Positions 38,398 through 46,877 of a stretch of 64,000 nucleotides of DNA are shown here, piece by piece. This stretch comes from Spirochaetia bacterium (GTDB lineage Bacteria > Spirochaetota > Spirochaetia > SZUA-6 > Bin103). The position numbers and the translations under genes are program-made. Below the pieces are notes generated by a model, which was given only the letters and a program-made list of their open reading frames with translations, searched no databases and was not told where the DNA came from. Within the stretch, counting starts at the first letter, position 1; each line of letters begins with the position of its first letter. The DNA lies in contig OZ241863.1 in NCBI GenBank assembly GCA_965203055.1, forward strand, positions 4,384,001-4,448,000, given 5' to 3'.

Positions 38398-38852
38398 CCG
38401 GCGGCGTGGCGCAGCGCGCGGCTGACCCGGCGGCGGACGCCGCCGGCCCGCTGTTCAGTCTGGAGATGAAGGTGCGCGACTATGAGTGCGACCTCCAGCA
38501 GATCGTCAACAACGCGGTCTACCAGCACTACTTCGAGCACACCCGCCACGAATTTCTGCTGCGCGTCGGCCTCGATTACGCGTCCCTGCACCACGCCGGC
38601 GTCGATCTGGTGGTGGTACGGGCGGAGCTGGACTACCACTACCCGTTGCGCAGCGGCGACCGCTTCCTGGTGACCCTGGACCTGGAACCGAAGGGGCCGA
38701 TTCGATTCCTGTTTCGGCAGGCCATCTTCCTCATCCCGGACCGGCGGCGTATAGTTACCGGCGTATTCCAGGGGGCGAGTCTTCGCCGCGGGCGTCCTGC
38801 CGCGGTGGCGGAAGTGACCGATGCCCTCTACAAAGCGAGCACACGTCTATGA
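38394..38852 (+). CDS. Acyl-CoA thioesterase (4HBT/YbgC family)
   Basis: VRDYECDLQQIVNNAVYQHYFEHTR, LDYHYPLRSGD. Confidence 0.85.
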   Translation: MTGGVAQRAADPAADAAGPLFSLEMKVRDYECDLQQIVNNAVYQHYFEHTRHEFLLRVGLDYASLHHAGVDLVVVRAELDYHYPLRSGDRFLVTLDLEPKGPIRFLFRQAIFLIPDRRRIVTGVFQGASLRRGRPAAVAEVTDALYKASTRL

Positions 38853-40204
38853 GCAAGAAGATCTTTTTCCTGGTTGGCGAGGACGAGTATCACTCCGCGC
38901 GCACCATACCGCCGTTCGCCCGGCGGGTGGCCGGCGAGCTGGGCCATGAGGCGGTACTCAGCGTGGGGGCCGAGGCCGACCCGCTCGACCTCACGGGGCT
39001 GGATGACGCCGCCCTGCTGGTGATCGCGGTGCGGTTCCGCAACCCGACTCCGGAGCAGCTCCGGCAGTTGCACGACTGGTTCGCCGCCGGGCGTCCCGCG
39101 GTAGGCATGCGCACCACCAGCCACGCCTTCAGCAACGCCCGCGGCTGGTGCCCCGACTACTTCGGCGGCCATTACATGAGCCACGCCCCCAACCAGCAGG
39201 GCCAGCTCGCCGCGGTGTACCCGGCGGCCGCTTCGCATCCGATCGTGCGCGATCTGCCCAAGGTTACCGAAATGGGCTACGGCGGCTCCTACAACGCCGT
39301 GCCGCTGGCCGACACCGCCACGCCGCTCATGTTCGGCAAGACCGGCGAGTTGCCGGCGGAGCCGGTGGCGTGGGTCAACCGCTACACCCCCGACTCGCGG
39401 GTGTTCTTTACCTCGCTGGGCAGCGCCGAGCACTTCGAGGTGGCGGCCTTTACCCAATTGCTGCGCAACGCCATCGCCTGGTGCCTGGGCGAAGAGGATG
39501 ATGCCGTTCCGGGAGACGACGCCGGCGCCGGCCCCGCGGCCCTGTTGCCGCCCCCGCCGCGGCGCCCGCCGCACAGCGCCAAAGTCCTGTTCACCGGCGC
39601 CCCGCTACGCGGGTGGCGGCATTGGGACCCGAGCCGCCAGCCGCCGGGGATGCGCCTCGACCCGCGCGCGGAGAGCTCCTCCGGCGGCCAGCGGTTCGAC
39701 GCCGCCCGCTGGCCGGCCACCGGCAACGTGCTGACCGCGGCGCCGGGAACTGGCGACGTCTACAGCGCGGCGCGGTTCGGCGCCCATCGCCTGCATCTCG
39801 ACTTTCAGCTTCCGCACGAGCCGGAGTGGGTGCCGGGAACGCTGCGCGGCACCGGCGGCGTGTTCGTCGCCGGGCGCTACGAAATCGAGCTGCGCGGGCC
39901 GGCGCCGGAGTCGGCGCCGGAATATCAGTGCGGCGCGCTGAACGGTCTCAAGGCGCCGGACGTGGCCGCCGCCGGGGCCGCGGGTACGTGGCAGGAGCTG
40001 GAAGTGGAGTTCACCCCGGAAGGGGACGGCGGGCGCATCTCGGTGTGGCTCAACGGCAGCCGCATCCACCATGACGTGGCGCTGACCGGGCCCACGCCGC
40101 GCGGCTTCACCGAGCTGCCGGAAGCGTGGCAGGGCAAGTGCCCGCTGCGCCTGCAGGCCGACGCCGCGCCGGTGCGGTTCGCCAACATCTGGGTTTCGGA
40201 GTAG
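38849..40204 (+). CDS. ThuA-like domain fused to DUF1080 (3-keto-glycoside hydrolase-like) domain
   Basis: GEDEYHS, GMRTTSHAF, EPVAWV, RVFFTSLG (ThuA); LHLDFQLP, GRYEIEL, ISVWLNG, PVRFANIWV (DUF1080); ATG 38849. Confidence 0.78.
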   Translation: MSKKIFFLVGEDEYHSARTIPPFARRVAGELGHEAVLSVGAEADPLDLTGLDDAALLVIAVRFRNPTPEQLRQLHDWFAAGRPAVGMRTTSHAFSNARGWCPDYFGGHYMSHAPNQQGQLAAVYPAAASHPIVRDLPKVTEMGYGGSYNAVPLADTATPLMFGKTGELPAEPVAWVNRYTPDSRVFFTSLGSAEHFEVAAFTQLLRNAIAWCLGEEDDAVPGDDAGAGPAALLPPPPRRPPHSAKVLFTGAPLRGWRHWDPSRQPPGMRLDPRAESSSGGQRFDAARWPATGNVLTAAPGTGDVYSAARFGAHRLHLDFQLPHEPEWVPGTLRGTGGVFVAGRYEIELRGPAPESAPEYQCGALNGLKAPDVAAAGAAGTWQELEVEFTPEGDGGRISVWLNGSRIHHDVALTGPTPRGFTELPEAWQGKCPLRLQADAAPVRFANIWVSE

Positions 40205-40225
40205 GCCTGCCCCAGCAGGCCGGCG

Positions 40226-41110
40226 TCAGGCGAGCGGAATCTGCTCGGCGACGGCTACCCGGCGAATGTAGTCGGCGCCCAGGTCGTATTCATGCTGGGT
40301 GGGCAGGTGCTCGATCATCAGCGGCACCACCTGCGGCAGCTCGTGCAGCGCGCGCAGGTAGGCGCGGTAGTCGATCGCGCCGAGCCCCGGGCGTACTTCG
40401 TGCAAGATCACGCTGACCTCTTCCTGCATGGCCAGGTCCTTGGCGTGGGCGGAAACGATGCGGTCGCCGAACAGGCGCACGCTCTCGCGCACCAGCGCGG
40501 CGTTTTCGTAGTAGTGCCGCGGGCAGTTCACGAGGTTCACCAGATCCATGTGCGCGGCGAACTGCGGGCGGTCGACGGCATCCAGCAGGCGGCGGATGTT
40601 GGCCGGTGAGTCGGCCACGCTGAAGGGATAGATCTCGTACACGAAGCGGGCGCGTTTGGGCTTGACCGTGTCGATCAGCCAACGCGCGTTGTCGACCGCC
40701 GCGGCGAACGCATCCGGGGTGAAGTTGAACGCGTCGTGGGAGCCTTGGCCGGGGCCGCCGGGTGAGCCGATGCAGGTGATGGCGCAGAGCGCGCCCACCT
40801 CGTCGGCGATGGCCAGGTACTCGGCCATGCGCTGCCGCTCGCGTCGCGCCTCGGCGGCGTCCGGGTGCAGCATGTTGCGCCAGCCGCCCACCTCCGCCAG
40901 CAGGATGCCTTCGCCGGCGAATGCGGTTCGTATGTCACGCAGCCGCTGCCGGTCGGCTACCGCCACCTGCGGGCAGTAGGCGGCGCCCAGGCCGCGGGCG
41001 CGATGCGCCCGCGCCAGGGCGTATACGTCGTCGACGGCCGAGCCATGCGCCGCGCCCACCGCCGCATCGCCTTCCCGATTGCCCATGATCACACTGCCAA
41101 GCCGCACCAT
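40226..41110 (-). CDS. Sugar phosphate isomerase/epimerase (TIM barrel)
   Basis: AEVGGWRN, YEIYP, HMDLVN, SAHAKD, PGLGAIDY, LMIEHL. Confidence 0.85.
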   Translation of the reverse strand: MVRLGSVIMGNREGDAAVGAAHGSAVDDVYALARAHRARGLGAAYCPQVAVADRQRLRDIRTAFAGEGILLAEVGGWRNMLHPDAAEARRERQRMAEYLAIADEVGALCAITCIGSPGGPGQGSHDAFNFTPDAFAAAVDNARWLIDTVKPKRARFVYEIYPFSVADSPANIRRLLDAVDRPQFAAHMDLVNLVNCPRHYYENAALVRESVRLFGDRIVSAHAKDLAMQEEVSVILHEVRPGLGAIDYRAYLRALHELPQVVPLMIEHLPTQHEYDLGADYIRRVAVAEQIPLA

Positions 41111-41145
41111 AGCGCGGCGATGGTAGCCGGTGGCCGCCGGCCTGC

Positions 41146-42000
41146 CTACCGGGACGGCCGCGCCGACCGCCCGCGGGCGAGCGGCGCGTCGGGCGGCGCC
41201 TCGTCAACCGGCCGCCTGGTGCTCAGCACCACGCCGCCGACGTTGCGCAGGATGCGCTCCAGGCGTTGCGCTTCGCGGTCTACCAGGTCGGCGCGGGTGA
41301 GAATGTCGGTCAGGAACCGCTGCACGCTGCGCGCGCCGGCGCTGCTGAAGAACCCGACCTCGGCCAGGGCCTGGGTCAGCGGTTCGGCCATGCGCGCGAC
41401 GCGCTCGGCCCCGACGGAGCGCTGGCGCGGGCGCGCCCGGCGCGCCGCGCGGTCGTGTTTGTACACCTCGTAGGCTACCACCTGGACCGCGTGCGACAGG
41501 TTGAGCGACGGAAACCGAGGCGACGACGGGATGGCGACGGCTACCTGGCATGGCTCCATTTCGGCATCCGAGAGGCCGTTTTTCTCGTTGCCGAACACCA
41601 GCGCCGCGGGACCCGGCCGCCGCGCCGCCAACCGCTCCCCAAGTTGCTCGGCGGTCCAGATGCGGTATTTGCGCCGCTTGCCGTCGCGCCGGGTAACCGC
41701 CGCGGCGAGGGCGCAGTCCCGCACCGCTTCCGCCACGCTGCGGCACAGCACCGCGCGTTCCAGGAGATCGGCCGCGTGGACGGCGACGATCCGCGCCGCG
41801 CGCCAGTCGATCGCCTCCGCGCCCACCAGGTAGAGGGTTTCGATGCCCATGGTCTTGGCGGCGCGGCAGGCGGCGCCGACGTTGCGGCTCTCCTCGGGGC
41901 GCACCAGGACGACGCGCAGGCCGCGCCCCGGCGGCGCGGCCGTTGCCGGCGGCGCGGCGGCGGCGGGGAGCGCCGGCTGCGGTCTGCCGGCGGTGCTCAC
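41146..42000 (-). CDS. SPOUT RNA methyltransferase, TrmJ/LasT family
   Basis: VVLVRPEESRNVGAACRA, ALVFGNEKNGLS, PSLNLSHAVQVVAYE; start uncertain (GTG 42000). Confidence 0.85.
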   Translation of the reverse strand: MSTAGRPQPALPAAAAPPATAAPPGRGLRVVLVRPEESRNVGAACRAAKTMGIETLYLVGAEAIDWRAARIVAVHAADLLERAVLCRSVAEAVRDCALAAAVTRRDGKRRKYRIWTAEQLGERLAARRPGPAALVFGNEKNGLSDAEMEPCQVAVAIPSSPRFPSLNLSHAVQVVAYEVYKHDRAARRARPRQRSVGAERVARMAEPLTQALAEVGFFSSAGARSVQRFLTDILTRADLVDREAQRLERILRNVGGVVLSTRRPVDEAPPDAPLARGRSARPSR

Positions 42001-42004
42001 GCCG

Positions 42005-43039
42005 TCAACGCAACGCGGCCGCAAGCTGCTCGAACAGGTCGTCGTCCGGCTCGAACGACGCCAGGTCGACCGGCCGCCGCTGCAGGGCGCTGGCGTACAG
42101 CGCCAGCACGGTCTTGAATTCGTGCAGCGACTGATTGAGATTGGTGCCGGGAAGGGCCGCGTCATCCTCCAGCCAGCGCAGCGTGGCGCGGGTCAGTCCG
42201 GCTTGCGCCAGCAGGTTGTTCGGCGCCCACGAGTCGCCGGCGGTGCCGCGCTCGACGCCGCCGGGGCCGGCGATCTCCCAGTCGCCGAACTCCTCGTAGA
42301 GCACCCGCCCGCGTTCGGCGTACGCCGCCACCCGGACGTGCTGGTAGGTGGTGTCGGGGTCGCCGATCATCGGCGCCATGGGGCCGGCGAGCCACAGCCC
42401 GCGCACCCCGTTCTCGAACTGCAGGTAGCCGGCGCTGGTGTCCGGCGCCGGATGAGTCGGATCGCTGCCGCTCATGCCGCCGGCGGCGCCGAACACCGTC
42501 CGTACGCGCGCGTCGCGGTTGAGCGACATCAGGTAGTTGAGCGCGTGGGTGCCCTGATTGGAGATATTCATGCCGCACGAGGTCTCCAGGAACTTGACCG
42601 CGCCCAACCTGCCCGACTCCAGCGCCGCCCGGCAGCGGGTCAGATCGACGTGCCAGCGGAACTGGTGGCTGACCGTGAATCTGGTAGCGCAGCGGCGCTC
42701 CAACTCCACCAGCGACCGCCAGTCGCGGACGCCGGCCGCCAGCGGTTTCTCCACCACTGCGGCCGGCACGCCCAGGTCCGCTGCCAGGTGCATGAGCGGC
42801 GCCCGGTCCGCCGGTTGGGTGACCACGTGCACGAGGTCGGGCCGCTCCCGCTCGATCATCTGCGCCGCGTCGGCGTACGGGGTCAGCCCGAACTCCCGGG
42901 CGTGTCCGGCGCGCCGCTCCTCGAGCAGGTCGCAGCAGGCGGTCATGGCCGCGTCCGCCACGTGCTCGTAGGAGCGCACGTGCATGCGGCTGCGCCGCCC
43001 GCACCCGATCAGCGCGGCCTTGTAACGTGGGGTACTCAT
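42005..43039 (-). CDS. Gfo/Idh/MocA-family NAD(P)-dependent oxidoreductase
   Basis: ALIGCGRRS, VVEKPLA, VSHQFRW, QGTHALN. Confidence 0.88.
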   Translation of the reverse strand: MSTPRYKAALIGCGRRSRMHVRSYEHVADAAMTACCDLLEERRAGHAREFGLTPYADAAQMIERERPDLVHVVTQPADRAPLMHLAADLGVPAAVVEKPLAAGVRDWRSLVELERRCATRFTVSHQFRWHVDLTRCRAALESGRLGAVKFLETSCGMNISNQGTHALNYLMSLNRDARVRTVFGAAGGMSGSDPTHPAPDTSAGYLQFENGVRGLWLAGPMAPMIGDPDTTYQHVRVAAYAERGRVLYEEFGDWEIAGPGGVERGTAGDSWAPNNLLAQAGLTRATLRWLEDDAALPGTNLNQSLHEFKTVLALYASALQRRPVDLASFEPDDDLFEQLAAALR

Positions 43040-43167
43040 CTGGTCTCACCCTACCCCAAGCGCCGACCCGCTGCCACAGATCGCCCGTTCCCGTGACTCC
43101 CGTGCGCGGCTGCGAGCCGCGCGCCGCATATTGCGCCCCGCAACGACCGCAGGTATCGTCTCCCTTG

Positions 43168-44487
43168 ATGCTTGAACGGCTGGAGCTGGTCAACGTAGGC
43201 CCGGCGCACGAGATGGAGCTGGAACTGGCGCCGAGGATCAACCTGATCACCGGTGACAACGGGCTCGGCAAGAGCTTCCTGCTCGACGTTGCCTGGTGGG
43301 CCTTGACCCGCAAGTGGCCCCGCGACTTGAATCCTCGCCTGACCGCCGGCTACGCGGCGCGGCCAACGGACGTCAAGGCACCGGCAACGTTGCGCTTTAC
43401 GTTACGTACCGCGTCGGGCGGCAGTCGCAGCTACGAAAGCACCTACTCGGCGCTGGACGAAGGCTGGCCGGGGCGCCCCGGACGGCCATGGATTGCCGGG
43501 CTTGTCGTCTACGCGCACGCCGATGGCGGCTTTTCGGTGTGGGATCCGGCGCGGAACTACTGGCAGACACGAGCTGGCGTGGACGTTCAGGATCGGATTC
43601 CGGGCTACGTGTTTTCTCCGCAGGAGGTCTGGTCCGGACTCACGGTACCCGTCAACGGCAGCCCCACCAGAGTATGCAAGGGCCTGCTCGATGACTGGTC
43701 GAGCTGGATCAGAGAGCGGGGGACGGAAGCGGATCTGATGGCGCGGGTCCTTGGTACCATGACCGTCGAAGGAGAGCCGATAGCAGTCGGGAAGATTCGG
43801 CGCCTGTCGGTCGACGACACCCAGGATGTTCCGTCGATCAGCACGAAATACTCCGACGCGGTACCGATCGTCCATGCTTCCTCGGGAGTGCGCAGGATCG
43901 CGGCGTTGGCCTACATGCTGGTGTGGTCGTGGTGTGAACACCTCCGCGCTGCCGAGCAGCTCGGATTGGAGAGCACTCGCCAAGTCGTCCTCTTGTTCGA
44001 CGAAATCGAGGCGCATCTCCATCCGCGCTGGCAGCGGGCCGTGGTGCCCGCCGTACTCAAGGCGATGAACAAACTGTCCGCTGCCTGCCGACCGAGAATT
44101 CAACTCCTGGCAGCGACCCATTCACCCCTCGTACTGGCTTCGCTGGAGACATTCTTCGAGGCTGACAGTGACCGGCTGTTCCACCTTGATCTTCGCGATG
44201 AACAGGTGATTCTCCATGAGGAGCACTGGGTAAAGCAGGGAGATGTCGTCAATTGGCTGGTTTCGGATACGTTCGGGCTCCGGCAAGGCCGATCAGTCGA
44301 CGCGGAGCGCGCCATTGAAGCGGCCGAGGCGTTTATGCGCAACGACTCAGATGCGCTCCGCGGACTTGATGAGAACCTGCGGGACGAAAGGGACATCCAC
44401 CGGGAGCTGCAACGTGTACTGCCGGGGCACGATCCATTTTGGCCGCGGTGGGTGGTCCGTACCGAGGCCGAGCGTAGCGAGAAATGA
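43168..44487 (+). CDS. ABC-type (AAA_15/AAA_21) ATPase of the defence-associated PtuA/OLD-like class
   Basis: NLITGDNGLGKS, ASSGVRR signature, LFDEIEAHLHPRWQ, ATHSPLV; lower GC than flanks; ATG 43168. Confidence 0.8.
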   Translation: MLERLELVNVGPAHEMELELAPRINLITGDNGLGKSFLLDVAWWALTRKWPRDLNPRLTAGYAARPTDVKAPATLRFTLRTASGGSRSYESTYSALDEGWPGRPGRPWIAGLVVYAHADGGFSVWDPARNYWQTRAGVDVQDRIPGYVFSPQEVWSGLTVPVNGSPTRVCKGLLDDWSSWIRERGTEADLMARVLGTMTVEGEPIAVGKIRRLSVDDTQDVPSISTKYSDAVPIVHASSGVRRIAALAYMLVWSWCEHLRAAEQLGLESTRQVVLLFDEIEAHLHPRWQRAVVPAVLKAMNKLSAACRPRIQLLAATHSPLVLASLETFFEADSDRLFHLDLRDEQVILHEEHWVKQGDVVNWLVSDTFGLRQGRSVDAERAIEAAEAFMRNDSDALRGLDENLRDERDIHRELQRVLPGHDPFWPRWVVRTEAERSEK

Positions 44488-44544
44488 TCGCGGCGGCGAT
44501 AGAGAACGAGAGGGCCGGCGCTGGCCGGCGCAGGAGGGATTCCG

Positions 44545-45984
44545 GTGGGTGACGTGCGTGATCGGCTTACTGACGCCGAGCTGCAGCGATTCCTGGTCGA
44601 TGGCTACCTCAAGTTGCGGCTCGAGCTGCCGGCGGCGTTTCACCGCCGGGTCTACGACCGCATCGGCACCGTGCTGGAACGGAGTGGCAACCCGCACAAC
44701 AACATCCTGCCGGAGGTGCCGGAGCTGCGGCAGGTGTTCGGCCACCCGCAGGTGACCGGCGCGTTGGCCAGCATCCTGGGCAACGACTACTACCTGCACC
44801 TGCATCGCCACTGCCACGACCGCGCCCCCGGCGCCAAGCCGCAGCGCATACACCAGGACAGCCTCTACAACAGCCGCTACGCCGCGGACGGCAATCGCCG
44901 GCACCATCACGCGCGCTGGGCGATGGCGTTCTACTATCCGCAGGACACCGGCGCCGCGATGGGGCCAACCGCCGTCGTACCGCGCAGCCACTATCTGAAT
45001 GAGGCGCAGCGGGAGGAGGACGAGATTCACCTCACCGGTGAGGCGGGCACGGTGGTGATCGTGCACTACGACATCTGGCACCGCGCCACCGGCTACCTGA
45101 CCGGCGGCCCGACCCGCTACATGGTCAAGTTCCTGTTCACGCGGATGGCGGACCCGGCGCGGCCCAGTTGGCGGCACGAGCCGGCCGGCGCCGCGCCGCG
45201 CTGGCAGGCCAACGGCGCCGCGGCTGACGCCGGGCGTCCGGCGTTGCCTGCGGTATGGGACTATCAGTGGCGCTGGCATCTCGGCGCCGCCCGGCGCGCG
45301 CTACCGGCGGCGGCCAACGGCCGCCTGGGCGCGCTGGTGGATCGACTCGCGGCGGCCGACGAACCGGGGGCGCTGGACGCGGCGTATGCGCTGGGGCAGG
45401 GCGGAGCCGCCGCCGGCGCCGCTCTGGCCGAGGCGTTGCGGAGCGGCGACGAGCGGGTGCGGCGCAACGCCGCCTATGGCTTTGCGCCGCTGGGAGCCGC
45501 CGCGGTGTCCGCCCTCGGCGGCCTGCTGGAGGACGGCGCCGCCGCAGTGCGCGCCCGCGCCGCCGACGCACTGGGAGACGTCGGTGCGCCGGCCGGCGCC
45601 GCCGGGGCGGCGCTGAGCGCCGCCCTGAAAGATGAATCGGAGCTGGTACGGGGGCATGCCGCGGACGCACTGGGCACCGTGTACGCCGGCGCCGCAGCCG
45701 CGGCTGCAGCGCCGGCCGCGGCCGCGCTGGCTGCCGCGCTGGAGGACGAGAACGAGGTAGTGCGCCGCAACGCCGCCCTGTCGCTGGCGCGCGTTGCGCC
45801 GGGCGCAGGAGCGGCGGCCGACCAAGTGGCCGCGGCGCTCGCTGGGGCGCTCGACGACGCCAGCCACTACGTACGCGGCTATGCGGTGCTCGGCCTGCGC
45901 CGGTTGGGCACGCCGCGCGCGCATGGCGAGCTGCTCGGCTACCTGGAATCCGCGCGCTGGGACCCGTCGCAACTGCAAGCCTGA
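44545..45984 (+). CDS. PhyH-family dioxygenase fused to C-terminal HEAT (PBS-lyase-like) repeats
   Basis: IHQDS, YYPQDT, MGPT, HYDIWHR, RYMVKFLF; repeats VRRNAAYG / VRARAADALG / VRGHAADALG / VRRNAALSL / VRGYAVLGL. Confidence 0.85.
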   Translation: MGDVRDRLTDAELQRFLVDGYLKLRLELPAAFHRRVYDRIGTVLERSGNPHNNILPEVPELRQVFGHPQVTGALASILGNDYYLHLHRHCHDRAPGAKPQRIHQDSLYNSRYAADGNRRHHHARWAMAFYYPQDTGAAMGPTAVVPRSHYLNEAQREEDEIHLTGEAGTVVIVHYDIWHRATGYLTGGPTRYMVKFLFTRMADPARPSWRHEPAGAAPRWQANGAAADAGRPALPAVWDYQWRWHLGAARRALPAAANGRLGALVDRLAAADEPGALDAAYALGQGGAAAGAALAEALRSGDERVRRNAAYGFAPLGAAAVSALGGLLEDGAAAVRARAADALGDVGAPAGAAGAALSAALKDESELVRGHAADALGTVYAGAAAAAAAPAAAALAAALEDENEVVRRNAALSLARVAPGAGAAADQVAAALAGALDDASHYVRGYAVLGLRRLGTPRAHGELLGYLESARWDPSQLQA

Positions 45985-46016
45985 AACGTTATTGATCGGC
46001 CGCTATGCTGAGGGCC

Positions 46017-46871
46017 ATGTCGTCGACTCTACTCAATGCCGCCCGGCGCGCGCAGTTCGCGGAGCAAGGCTACTTGGTGCTGCCGGAGGTCTTCGATGCG
46101 GCCGAGGTGGCGCGCATGCGCGGCGAGGCGGACCGCATCCTGGAACTGGTGATCAACTCCTCGCTGGCCCTGGGCCGCACCAGCGGGCGCCTTGATCTGG
46201 CGCAGGATGAAGCCGGCCGCCAGACGGTGCGCAAGATCCAGCCAATCAACGACCTTTCCCTCTACCTGAGCGAGGTGGCCGCGGACGAGCGTCTGCTCGG
46301 ACCGATGCGGCAGCTCATGGGTGACGAGCCGGTCCTGATGGAGGAGAAGCTCAACTACAAGGAGCCGCTGCCGGAGCCGCTGCCCGGCCTCCAGGCGGCG
46401 CGCGCCGCCACCCACTTCCCCGTGCATAGCGACTGGGCCCACTACCAGGCCCAGAGCTATCCGCAGACCATCATCTCGTCCGCGGTGTCGATGGATGACA
46501 GCACCCCGGAGTCGGGACCGTTGCGGGTATGGCCCGGCAGCCATACCGCGCACCTGGAACATGAGCGGCTCCCGGACCGCGAAATTCAGGTGCGCGCCGA
46601 CTTGATCGACCTGCAGGGCGGACAGGACCTCCTGGCGCCGGCGGGGTCGGTGATGTTGTTCCACGTGCTGCTCGTGCATTGTTCGCGCAGCAACCGCTCC
46701 GGGCGGCCGCGGCGGCTGATGATCTACAGTCACTTCCCGCAGTCCGCCGGCATCGGCTTCGACGTCCGCAACGGCCGCCGGCGGTTCACCGAGTCGCCGT
46801 TCGAGTGGGAGTACGCCGCCCGGCTGCTGCGCGGCGCAGCCGCCGCCCCATTTCAGGCCCCAGGGTTCTGA
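46017..46871 (+). CDS. PhyH-family Fe(II)/2OG dioxygenase
   Basis: EEKLNYK, VHSDW, SGPLRVWPGSH, LVHCSRSN, RRLMIYS. Confidence 0.88.
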   Translation: MSSTLLNAARRAQFAEQGYLVLPEVFDAAEVARMRGEADRILELVINSSLALGRTSGRLDLAQDEAGRQTVRKIQPINDLSLYLSEVAADERLLGPMRQLMGDEPVLMEEKLNYKEPLPEPLPGLQAARAATHFPVHSDWAHYQAQSYPQTIISSAVSMDDSTPESGPLRVWPGSHTAHLEHERLPDREIQVRADLIDLQGGQDLLAPAGSVMLFHVLLVHCSRSNRSGRPRRLMIYSHFPQSAGIGFDVRNGRRRFTESPFEWEYAARLLRGAAAAPFQAPGF

Positions 46872-46877
46872 GATTCT

